From NCBI GenBank assembly GCA_965153355.1, contig OZ231126.1, forward strand, positions 32,364,001 through 32,428,000: 64,000 nucleotides of DNA, read 5' to 3'. How positions within the stretch are numbered: position 1 is the stretch's first letter; every line of letters starts with the position of its first letter. Below, piece after piece: positions 51,687-64,000 of the stretch. Under the pieces are notes generated by a model that had not been told where the DNA came from, made no database searches, and saw only the letters and a list, made by a program, of their open reading frames with translations. Origin of the DNA: Flaccisagitta enflata (Eukaryota). The translations under genes were made by a program, and so were the position numbers.

Positions 51687-52118
51687 CTGCGATGCGAGAC
51701 CCCGGGGGAGAGGAAAGATGGAAACGAAACATCGTCTTCAGGTTCAAAGGGAGTTTTTCACGGTTCTAGGTTATTTCCTTTTTTTTTTGGGGGGGGGGGG
51801 CCGGCCCCCCCCCACGCGCGACTCTCAACTCTCGGGTGGGAAAAATATATAACTATGGAGTGAATAAATGAAATGTTAACTGTTGGACGAAACCTTATTT
51901 CTGTTGATTGAAAAAACAGTTTGCTCCCGGCCCCACAGAGTTACTGCTTTGCGACTTACCGTCTTCGCTATCTTGATCTTGCTCAAATGGCTTTGTGTAC
52001 GGAACCGAATCTGAAGATCAAGCAGAAACGCTTCTTAGGCAATGTTTGCTCACTTTAGTGATGACTAATGTGCCGCAGTAATCCATAGCAATAGACAAGC
52101 AACGACTGGAACATCATC

Positions 52119-52162
<44 letters not shown>

Positions 52163-52705
52163 ATGTCAGAAATATGCCGACATCTACCATAGCAATAAAA
52201 CACAGAACATTTCGGGTGTGTCAATATGCAAAACATTAATCCCTGAGAGTATAACGCTAGGGCATCACACAATACGAAATATAGCCGGTTTCTGCAGAAT
52301 TCTGTGGATTACCTTCCAGTTTCTGTGGCTTCGCTTCCAGATTCTGCATCAATTTATGTTAAAAAGACCCTGGAAGACCCTGGCTCTGAGGCGATTTCAA
52401 TGCACAAAACTTGTCACTAATGGATTGTAACGGGTTGGTCAATGCATCGAGTACTAGCGCTTGAAATTTTGAAGCCTAGATCATGAAAAAACAATCCAGA
52501 CCCCAACTCAGATTCTGTTTGAGGGCGGCTTATTCTTCAGGCTCATTTTTTGAGTATGACAAGTTTCTTTCCAACTTGCGTTTCCAATCGAAATTAGTGA
52601 CACTGCGTGGGTTGAGTGTTTGACTTAACTGTCTGACTCTCTACGACGTAGTCTCCTCCAACAAACTATACAACATAAGTATTTGACTATTTCTGATACA
52701 ATTAG

Positions 52706-55700
52706 CTTTTTAGTCGCGTGCTGCGCGACTCTACACCACGCTATGTCGGTCCGTCGGTTGGTTGGTTGGTCCGTCGGTTGGTCGGTCCCCTTTTTACTCA
52801 ACTACCCCCCCCCCCAAGTGTCAACTACCCCCCTCTTCGCAAGTGTTGACTATCCTCCCGCAAGTGACCACTACCCCCCAAGTGACCACTACCCCCTGTA
52901 AATGTCGACTACCCCCCGCAAGTGTTGTCTACCCCTTGCAAGTGTCGACTACCCCTTGCAAGTGTCGACTACCCCTTGCAAGTGTCAACTACCCCTTGCA
53001 AGTGTCAACTACGCCCCCAAGTGACGTCTACCCCCTGCAAGTGTTACTACCCCCGCAAACGTATTGCAAATGTAACCCCCCATGTGTCAACTACCCCCCA
53101 CAAGTGACGACTACCCCCACAAGTGTTGACTAGCCCCCGCAAATTTCGACTATCCCTTGCAAATGTGGACAACCCCCCAAAAGTGTCGACTACCCTCGCA
53201 AGTGCTGACTACCCCCCCACAAGTGTTGACTACCCCCTGCAAATATTGACTACCCCCACAAGAGTTGATTACCCCCAACAAATGTTGACTACCCCCCGCA
53301 AGTGTCAACTAACCCCCGCAAGTGTTGTCTACCCCCAAAAGTGTTTTCTAACCCCCCAAGTGTTGACTAACCCCTGCAAGTGTTGACTACCCCCTGCATG
53401 TGTTGACTACCCCCCGCAAGTGTCGACTACCCCCCCTATTGTCAACTACCCCCTGCAAGTGTTGACTAACCCCTGCAAGTGTCGACTACCCCCTGCAAGT
53501 GTCAACTACCCCCTGCAAGTGTTGACGTCCCCCTGCAAGTGTCGACTGACCCCTGCAAGTGTCGACTACCCCTTGCAAGTATCGACTACCTCCCCGCAAG
53601 TGTCGACTACCCCCCCACAAGTGTTGACTGCCCCCTCATGTTTACACTACCCCTTGCAAGTGTCTACTACCCCCCTCCAGTGACAACTACCCCTTGCAAT
53701 TGTCACTTACTCCTCGCAAATGTTGACTACCCTCTGCAAGTGTCGACTACCCTCTGCAAGTGTCGACTACCCCCTGCAAGTGTCGACTACCCCCTGCAAG
53801 TGTCGACTACCCCCTGCAAGTGTCGACTACCCCTGGCAAGTGTCAACTACCCCTGGCAAGTGTCAACTACCCCCCGCAAGTGTGACTACCCCCACAAGTG
53901 TCCGCTACCCTCTGTTATCGTTGACTACCCCGCCAAGTGTCGACTAACCCCCCTGCAAGTGTTGAGCACCTCCTTGCAAGTATTAGATACCGCTCAAAGT
54001 GACCACTACCCCCTGCAAATGTCAATTACCAGGCCTTTTTTTAGAGAATTTTTTTTGCAGAGCTAGTCGGGCTCTCTCTGCACAATTTCACTGAGCCCGA
54101 CAGAAAAACAGCGAGCCCGGCAGAAAATAAACAATTATCTAATCATGTGAGCTTACATCATAGCACTGGCATAAAACAATGGCGCTCTTTTGTATCTCTG
54201 TAACTAGAAATACGAGGGTATTATCTTTAGAGGAAATCATCATATGTGACCGTCTAAATTAGACTCAATTTCATTGCGTATCAAAAAAAAAGCTGTATAT
54301 ATAGTAGGGTGAATAGGGGCAGTGCCCAGGCGAATCAAGTATTTGGCCAGAGGAGAAATAGCAACATCAAAACATCAAAATAGCAACCCCTGAAAATGTT
54401 GCTGATTTCTCAATCTAAGATCTTCTTTAAAATGGGACCAAGAACAAATTGTAACTTGATGCGTACAAATTTTTTTTCAAAGAATCCTGTAGAGTGTAGC
54501 GAACTTTCATGTTTTTGACCATCTGTCTTCATTCTAATGCCATTTCGAAATGAATAGAGATAGGACAACCAGCAAGGTCCTATTTGAAAGAGCTTTCACA
54601 GAGCATTTCATTGAGCAATTCTTGGATTTTACTAGGATTTTCTCTTTGAATGAATGTAAAACAATACCAACATTTTGCTCAGTTTTTTTTTTTTTGTTTG
54701 TCTTTTTCTTTTATTCTGGCCATAGTTTGCTCTTTTTAAAATTCTACAATAATGTTCAAAACCACTAACATGTCTCACCAAATCAGAGAGAACCCGCTGG
54801 GCTCAGAGCCAGCAAAAAGTGAGAGCCCGACAGCAAAATAGAGAGCCTCGGGCTCCCGGGCTCGCTCTAAAAAAAGGCCTGTCAATTATCCCCTGTAAGT
54901 GTAAACTACCCCCCACAAGCGTTGACTAACCCCCGCAAGTGTCAACTACCCCCCGCAAGTGTTGATTACCCCTTAAGTGTCGACTACCCCCAACTAGTGT
55001 CGCCTACCACCAATAAGTGTTGACTTACCCCCCCAAATGTTGACTATCCCTCGCAAATGTTGACAACCCCTCAAAAGTGTTATCTATCCCCCGCAAGTGC
55101 TGACTACCCCCCATAAGTGCTAACTACCCCGTAAAGTGTCTACTAACCCCGGCAAGTGTTAACTACCCCCTGCAAGTGCTGATTACCCCCCTCAAATGTG
55201 GACTACCCCTTGCAGGTGTTGATTGCCCCCTGCAAATGTTGACTACCCCCACAAGAGTTGATTACCTCCCGCAAATGTTGACAACCCCTGTAAGTGTTGA
55301 CTACCACCCATAAGTGTTGACTACTCCCGCAAGTGTCGACTATCTTCTGCAAGTGTTGTCTTCCCTCAAAAGTGTTGACTTTTGTGTCAACAAGTGTTGA
55401 AAAGTGTCTCTTTTGCATTACAGTAGAGTCATTATGCAACACATTGGTCGACACTTGCCAGGGGTAGGTTACACTTGCAGGAGGTAGTCCACACTTTCAT
55501 GGGTAGTTGACACTTGCCGGGGGTAGTTGACACTTGCTGGGGTAGTTGACACTTGCGAGGGTGTAGCCGATACTTGTGGGGGGTAGTCAATACTTGCAGG
55601 GGGTAGTCAACACTTGCAGGGGGTAGTCAACACTTGCAGTAGGTAATTGACACTTGCAAAGGGTATTTGACACTTGCAAGGGGTAGTCGACATTTGTGAG

Positions 55701-57370
55701 GGGTAGTCAAGTTGCTGGGGTAGTCGACATTTGTGAGGGGTAGTCAAGTTGCTGGGGTCAGTCCACAGTTGCGGGGGTCAGTCGACAGTTACGAGGGTCA
55801 GTCGTCACTTGCGGGGGTCAGTCGTCACTTGCATGGGGTAGTCCATACTTGCGGGGGGTAGTCAACACTTGTGGGGGGTAGTCAACACTTGTAGGGGGTA
55901 ATTGACACAAGGGGGGTAGTTGACAGTTGTTGGGGAAAGTCCACACTTGCAGGGGGTAGTTGACACTTGCGGGGATGATCAACACTTGCAGGGGGTAGTC
56001 ATTACTTGTGGAGGGTAGTTGACACTTGCAGTGGTAGAAGACACTTGCAGGGGGTGGTCAAAAATTGCAGGGGGTAGTCAACACTTATGGGGTATATTAT
56101 CTACACTGATTCTACAGGGGGTAGTCCACACTTGCAGGGGGGGAAGTGGACACTTGCGGGGTGTAGTCAACACTTGTGGAGGAGACAACACTTGTGGGGG
56201 GTAGTCAACACTTGCGACGGGTAGTCAACACTTGTGGGGGATAGTCCACATTTGTGGGGGATAGTCAACACTTGAAGGGGGTAGTCAACACTTGCGGGGG
56301 GTAGTCCACACTTGTGGGGGCTAGTCCACATTTGTGGGGGCTACTCCACACTTGCAGAGAGTTGTCCACACTTGCGGGGGTTTCCAACACTTGGGGGGGT
56401 AGTCCACACTTGCGGGGGGTAGTCCACACTTTGGGGGTAGTCCACACTTCCGGGGGGTAGTCCACACTTCAACACAACCGGGGGTAGTCCACACTTCCGG
56501 GGGTAGTCCACACTTCCGGGGGCTAGTCCACACTTCCGGGGGGTAGTCTACACTTGCGGGGGGTAGTCTACACTTGCAGGGGGTAGTCCACACTTGGGGG
56601 GGGGTAATTGACACTTTCAGGGGGCAGTTGACACTTGCGGGGGTAGTCGACACTTTTGGAGGGAAATCGATACTTTTGGGGGGTAATTGATACTTTTGGG
56701 GGGTAGTTGACACTTGCAGGGGGTAGTTGACAATTGTGGGGGGTAGTTGACAATTGCGGGGGGTATTCAACACTTTCGGGGGTAGTCGATGCTTGCAGGG
56801 GATAGGCGACACTTGCGGGGGGTAGGCAGCACTTGCGGAGGTAGTTAACACTTGTAGGGGGCAGTTGACACCTGCGAGGGGATTTCGACCCTTGCAGAGG
56901 ATATTCACATTTGCAAGGGGTAGTCCACACTTGAGGGGGGTAGTTGACACTTGCAGCTGGTAGTCAACACTTGCAGGGGGTAGTCAGCACTTGCGGGGGG
57001 TAGTCAGCACTTACGGGGGTAGTCAACACTTGCGGGGGTAGTCAACACTTGCGGGGGTAGTCAGCACTTGCGGGGGTAGTCAGCACTTGCGGGGGTAGTC
57101 AGCACTTGCGGGGGTAGTCAGCACTTGCAGGGGTAGTCAGCACTTGCGGGGGTAGTCAGCACTTGCGGGGGTAGTCACACTTTTGGAGGGTAAATTGACA
57201 CTTGTGGGGGGTAGTTGACACACTTGGAGGGTAGTCGACACTTGCAGGGGGTAGTTGACACTTGTGGGGGTAGATGACACTTGCGGGGGGTAGTCAACAC
57301 TTGCAGGGGGTTGTCAACACTTGCTGGGGGGAGTCGACACCTGCTGGGGGTTGACACTTGCTGGGGTTGA
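52706..57370. repeat. About 20-bp satellite (CAAGTGTYGACTACCCCCYG) in two oppositely oriented arrays, preceded by a family A 5' end
   Basis: C-rich orientation at 52800-55380, about 65-bp spacer, G-rich orientation at 55447-57370; TTTTTAGTCGCGTGCTGCGCGACT at 52706. Confidence 0.93.
54030..54881. mobile_element. hAT-type non-autonomous transposon inserted in the satellite
   Basis: 17-bp TIR CAGGCCTTTTTTTAGAG; 8-bp TSD TCAATTAC / TCAATTAT; subterminal GAGCCCG repeats. Confidence 0.88.
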
Positions 57371-57377
57371 TATTGTT

Positions 57378-57437
<60 letters not shown>

Positions 57438-57465
57438 CTCGCTCTCGCTCTTGCTCTCGCTCTCG

Positions 57466-57515
<50 letters not shown>

Positions 57516-57927
57516 CATTACTGTGCGATTGTCAATGATTCTACTTTCGCAGTTCGCACGGAAGATCCTCAACTAAAAAAGTACTTGTAGAATGGAAGCT
57601 TCTGAACTAGGGTCTGAAGAATCTGAAAGAAACCAGAAGAATCTGAAAGAATCTGAAAGCTTTGAGGGCGAGTTTGCTCCTGGCCTTATATTGACAGTGT
57701 TATGGTGCTTGAATGAATGTGTGTCATCAACCGATTGTAGTAAAGTGGTTATATGATAGTTTTACCAAATCGAGAGGTCAGGAGAGGCCAAATTCTCAGG
57801 GTCTAGACGCCGTGTCTTTGCTCAGAAACTGGAAGGTAATGGGTGGTGATTTCGCACTGTGCATCATGGGGTTACTCATTTAAATGCCTTCACCGTTTTT
57901 CTTTTTTCAAATTTCGGTCATCTTCGG

Positions 57928-59744
57928 TTTTTAGTCGCGTGCACGCGACTCTACAACCCGCTCCGTCTGTCGGTCGGTCGGTCCGTCCGTCTGTCCGTCC
58001 GTCCGTCGGTCCGTAACACTTTGCTTTTTTTCTTCTTTTTGGGTCGTTTGGAGTTATTTTGAGTCATTTTTTTGTTGTTTTTGGGAATTATTGGTTGCTT
58101 CTAGTCATTTTTGGTCATTTTTGGTTATTTTGGTCATTTTGGTCATTTTGGTCATTTTGGTCACTTTGGTCATTTTTGGTCATTTTTGGTCATTTTTGGT
58201 CATTTTTATGCCATTTTTGGTCATTTTTTGCCATTTTTTGTCATTTTTGGTCATTTTCGGTCATTTTTGGTTATTTTGGTCATTTCTGGTCATTTTGATC
58301 ATTTTGGTCATTTTTGGTTATTTTTGGTCATTTTGATCATTTTTATCATTTTTGGTCATTTTAGGTCATTTTGGTCATTTTTGGTCATTTTTGGTCATTT
58401 TTGGCCATTTTTGGCCATTTTTGGTCATTTTGGTCATTTTGGTCATTTTGATCATTTTTGATCATTTTTGGTCTTTTTTGGTCATTTTTGGTCATTTTGG
58501 TCATTTTTGGTCATTTTTGGTCATTTTTGGTCATTTTTGGTCATTTTTGGTCATTTTTGGTCATTTTTGGTCATTTTTGGTCATTTTTGGTCATTTTTGG
58601 TCATTTTTGGTCATTTTTGGTCATTTGTGGTCATTTTTGGTCATTTGTGGTCATTTTTTGTTAAAGTCTGCTGGTTAAAGTCTGCTGGTTAAAGTCTGCT
58701 GGGTAAAATCTGATGGTTAAAGTCTGCTGGTTTAAATCTGCTGGTTTAAATCTGTTGGTTTAAGTCTGCTGGTTTAAATCTAATGGATTAAGTCTGCTGG
58801 TTTAAGTCTGCTGGTTTAAACCTGCTGGTTTAAGTCTGGTGGTTTAAGTCTGCTGGTTTAAATCTAATGGTTTGAGTCTGCTGGTCTAATGGTTCAAGTC
58901 TGCTGGTTTATGTCTGCTGGTTAAGATAAGTCTGGTTTAAGTCTGGTTTAAGTCTGGTTTAAGTCTGGTTTATGTCTGGTTTAAGTCTGGTTTAAGTATG
59001 GTTTAAGTCTGGTTAAAGTCTGGTTTAAGTCTGGTTTAAGTCTGGTTTATGTCTGGTTTAAGTCTGGTTTAAGTCTGGTTTAAGACTGGTTCATGTCTGA
59101 TTTATGTCTGGTTTAGGTCTGGGTTAGGTCTGGTTTAGGTCTGGTGTATGTCTGGTTTATGTTTGATTTAGGTCTGATTTAGGTCTGGTTTTGGTCTGGT
59201 TTTTGTCTGGTTTTGGTTTGGTTTAATTCTGGTTTGAGTCTGGTTTGAGTCTGGTTTGAGTCTGGTTTGAGTCTGGTTTGAGTCTGGTTTGAGTCTGGTT
59301 TTAGCCTGGTTTTAGCCTGGTTTGAGCCTGGTTTGAGCCTGGTTCAAGCCTGGTATAAGTCTGGTTTAAGTCTGGTTTGAGTCTGGTTTAAGTCTGGTTT
59401 GAGTCTGGTTTGAGTCTGGTTTGAGTTTGGTTTGAGTCTGGTTTGAGTCTGGTTTGAGTCTGGTTTGAGTCTGGATTGAGTCTGGTCTGAGTCTGGTTTG
59501 AGTCTGGCTTAAATCTGGTTTATGTCTGGTTTATGTCTGGTTTATGTCTGATTTAGGTCTGGTTTCGGTCTGGTTTAATTCTTGTTTGAGTCTCGTTTGA
59601 GTCTGGTATGAGTCTGGTTTGAGTCTGGTTTGGGTCTGTTTTGGGTTGCGTTTAAGTCTGATTTTCGATAAAAAGATACAATAAGGAGTCAGGTCAGTTC
59701 AGTTGTTTTTGTCCTGCACGCGACTTATAGGTGTTGGCCTTGTT
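57928..59744 (+). mobile_element. Family A element, near-identical sister of 41369-42722 with longer arrays
   Basis: Same termini, same unique spacers and same order of three arrays. Confidence 0.9.
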
Positions 59745-59983
59745 TCCAAAAGCCCTGTTTTGCCCCTGTTTTGCATAACGTTGTAATCACGTTATTGACT
59801 TTTCAGCCTTTGCCTTGTAAAGTGGGGTATTCCAATTACTTTTAAATGCTGCTATCCTCTTTAAGGCTGTCGTTGCTTCAAAATGAAGTTACCCTGATTT
59901 TTTTTTCTTTTATAGAATGTCAAATACTAGTGTAAGAAACCCCTTCAAAAAATTTCAGAAAATTGAAAAAAAAACAAATATAA

Positions 59984-60275
59984 GCAATTTTTCAGACGCT
60001 CGCTAGCCTGACTGGGGCAACGGAGGAAGCTGAAATTTTTACTGGAGATAGACAAGACATGTGGCCAGGGTGGACCTGTAAAAAAAATTTGAATTTCATT
60101 ATTTTACATACAATAAATCCAAGAAGAAATCTGTAAAACGTAACCATATAGAGGCTAGTAGCTTTATTGGGAATTTGTTCCAGGTCTACCCTGGCCACAT
60201 GTCTTCTCTATCTTCAGTAAAAATTTCAGCTTCCTACGTTGCCCCAGTCAGGCTAGCGAACGTCTAGAAAATTGC
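59984..60275. repeat. Palindrome with arms of about 95 bp, MITE-like
   Basis: GCTAGCCTGACTGGGGCAACG…ACATGTGGCCAGGGT and its complement. Confidence 0.85.
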
Positions 60276-60491
60276 TATTATTTTGCCATCTATCAAAGTA
60301 AAAGTTGTGAGAAATACAGGGTAAAAGTTTAACTTATGAACAATTTTTTTCATCAACTCTTTTGTAGTCTCCCTAACTCTCAGTTTTAAAGCTTAAATTC
60401 ATAGATGCAGTCAGCGTCTGTGGCTAGTGAGTAGATCACCTGACATGAGCACTGTGATAATGCGCAAAGTGAGATTAGAAATTAATTTCTT

Positions 60492-60816
60492 AAAACATTG
60501 ACCTGGGAAAAGAGTTTGTGATTAAGGAGGGGCAGACAGCCTCCTTAAGTCCGTTGTTTAAATCCTCCTCTGATACATTGATAATACATTCTTTGCTTGA
60601 CCAAAGCCCTCCCTGATTTTGTTTTCGCTTTGTAATTTGTGATTAAGAGAATAGAAACAGCCGAAACATTGACCTGGGAAAAGAGTTTGTGATTAAGGAG
60701 GGGCAGACAGCCTCCTTAAGTCCGTTGTTTAAATCCTCCTCTGATACATTGATAATACATTCTTTCCTCTTTGCTTGACCAAAGCCCTCCCTGATTTTGT
60801 TTTCGCTTTGTAATTT
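60492..60816. repeat. Recent direct duplication of about 150 bp
   Basis: AAACATTGACCTGGGAAAAG…GCTTTGTAATTTG occurs twice and differs by a 7-bp indel. Confidence 0.9.
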
Positions 60817-61317
60817 GGGTCAGGCCAGTGCTTTATAGTAAAAATTGAAAGAGACCCCCTCTGTACGCACATTAGTCATGAAAACAGATTTTTAATTTGT
60901 CGACTATCTTGAGAAAATGTAAGCCTTAAAGCTTCACAGAAAAGTGTCTGGGTTAATCACATCAACTTCAATGAAATAGTAAGATAGTCTTTTTTGGTTA
61001 AATAATTTGTTTCTTGGCGAACGACAGTGCAGACATTGCATTAGATTTTGATCGCGAAAAAAAAACGGTTGCCGATTGAATTTTGGAAAAAGAAAAACAG
61101 CGATCATTTTAAAATCAACAGCCCCATCTTGCGTCGGGGTTATGGTCTCAAATTCAGTCATCACCCGTATTTGACACACTTGTACAGAACATTCATACCA
61201 ACGACAAAAAAAAATGAGAAAAGCTAGAACAAAAACAAAAGCTAGAAAAAAGACGCCTCAAAGACAGCGCCATCTGTAAGATCATGACTACCTAGACAAA
61301 CTTAAAACGAGTTTTAC

Positions 61318-61705
61318 CTTCCAAGCTTCTCGAGCCTGACGCGACGTCAGGGTTACCAGAAGGACTCCGTCTTCTCGACTTCGATTTTGATCTCCTCTTC
61401 TTATCCTGTATTTCCTCCGCCGCCCCCAACGGAGGCAGACGTGTCGAGGAAGGAGGCAATCGCAATTTGTCCTCCTGCAGAGACAACAGCCCTTGATCTT
61501 CCTGTATCAGCGACTGTCGTTGCTGTTGCTGTTGTTGTTGTTGATGATGGCGTTTTGACTTGTGCCGCTGATTCAGCGTCGCAGCGGGTACGAGCTGCGT
61601 CATCGGCGTCATCGGCGTCAAATACGGCGTCGTGGAGAGAAGAGAGGAAGGCGTGGACGTCGTTGATGTGGCGCCAGCGTGACGACGCCGGATAGTGAAG
61701 CGATC
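61318..61705 (-). CDS. Minus-strand gene, exon 2 (DRFTIRRRHAG…polyQ…KKRRSKSKSRRRSPS…SLE)
   Basis: Long pyrimidine tract plus ttcag| acceptor, |gtaaaa donor, 388 bp open, phase 0 to 1. Confidence 0.8.
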
Positions 61706-61724
61706 CTGAAGGAAAGAGAGATAC

Positions 61725-61776
<52 letters not shown>

Positions 61777-62058
61777 AGAGAAAGAGAAAGAGAAAGAGAA
61801 AGAGAAAGAGAAAGAGAAAGAGAAAGAGAGAGAGATATTGTAGACCATGAAAACCAAGTTTAGATTGGAATACCTTTTTTGCGTCGTGGTGTGTTGATGC
61901 ACTAATCTTTTTTCAACGCCCTATCGAATGTTATATGTTATATTGCAATAATGGCGCATCATCTCCTCGTCTTTTTTTCTCATAGAAATAATAGAATTGA
62001 AATTGGTAGTGTAAGGGGCTGAACGCGAAGGAACGACGATTCCACGACCACATTTCAC

Positions 62059-62736
<678 letters not shown>

Positions 62737-62896
62737 TTTGGCCTTGGAAGAATATGTCAGAATTCGAAGACATAAATGAAAGCGTAAAATCATGAGGCGC
62801 AATAAATGAAAGTTTTTAGACAATCTTCGCAAGGACGTGAGGAAATGCGGTTGCTGATGATGTTGTGTTTGTTTCTGCTGTTGCTGTTGTTGTTGC

Positions 62897-62976
<80 letters not shown>

Positions 62977-62992
62977 GTTGTTGTTTTTGTTT

Positions 62993-63105
<113 letters not shown>

Positions 63106-63726
63106 GACGCACTTCTTCACTCTCCTCCGCCGGGGATACAGTCTGCCGCCCACAAAACCCCGGAATGAATAAAGTAAATCCTACCCAGGCTAAATTTTTG
63201 CCGGGAATCACGTCATTGACTCTCAGCTGATTTTGCTGATCTTGGCAAAGAGATATTGTGTCTTGATCGCGACGACCTTCGGAAACAGTTGGACGGATTT
63301 CATCGCGTGCCTCAAAATGGCGATGGATTTTCCGCTAAATAATAAAGTCTGTTGTTGCTCAATGGTTCATGGGCGGAGAAGGCAAAAGAAAGGAGAAAGA
63401 GAACGAGGTAGAGAAACAGGAAGAGGAAGAAGCAACGATACAGATGATGAGAGGGGACGGATCAAAGGCAGAATGGCTTTACTGTTATTATGGCCCATGA
63501 TGCTTTCTAGAAACCTCGTGGTAATTGCCTTATGGGCACAAAAAGATTATTTTCGTATTGTAACGTAACAGAAATAAACTGATAAGTCATGAAGTTTTTT
63601 TTTTAAATCATGTGAAAAAAAAAGAAAAACCGGTACTGTTAATGAAAAGAAAGATGATAAAGAAATTGCAGAGCTTTGTGAATGTCACACGGATTGTAAT
63701 CACAGAACGCATGCACACGCCCAAGC

Positions 63727-63849
<123 letters not shown>

Positions 63850-64000
63850 ATTTGGCATGAAAACAAAATAAAACTCTGATCAAAAGTGGGCGTGGTGGAA
63901 GATGTAAATTTTATGTAGCAGAACCGGAAAAGGAAAAAGACATTTTTCGTCTACTTTTGAATAATGAGAAAAAGTCATGATAGAGCGCGCACACACACAC

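Noticed and set aside
52800-57370. Many Pro/Cys-rich ORFs and a CRISPR-like palindromic repeat
   Set aside because: These are translations of a 20-bp satellite, open in several frames on both strands with no spacers
60400-60816. Open minus-strand frame in the 150-bp duplication as an extra exon
   Set aside because: One copy has a 7-bp indel, stops follow, and no matching splice sites were found

Overview
Repeat-dense eukaryotic (metazoan, probably invertebrate) genomic DNA. No prokaryotic features, tRNA, rRNA or CRISPR arrays were seen. Two spliced genes can be built by hand from splice signals and matching intron phases. (1) A + strand gene ending in a fibrinogen-related domain (exons 34784-34901 and 39544-39994). 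It plausibly also takes in an upstream 6-Cys/Trp-rich exon (9645-9866) and four tandem-duplicated 72-bp Ser/Thr-rich exons (15.6-17.6 kb). (2) A five-exon - strand gene (62736 to 50327, about 503 aa) with a long poly-Asn tract and no domain I recognise. Retroelements are an apparently intact two-ORF Jockey/I-group LINE (about 27.6-32.5 kb, -), a 5'-truncated LINE with a 12-bp target-site duplication (23246-25494, +), and a decayed two-ORF Penelope-like element with RT, GIY-YIG and a hammerhead ribozyme (44.2-48.2 kb, -). The rest is mainly two families of Helentron/DINE-like non-autonomous elements carrying different tandem arrays, nested MITEs (TA, 8-bp and 4-bp target duplications), a Tc1 remnant, a 4.6-kb inverted satellite and long microsatellites. 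Gene models and family assignments were made by eye and have not been checked against databases or RNA data.
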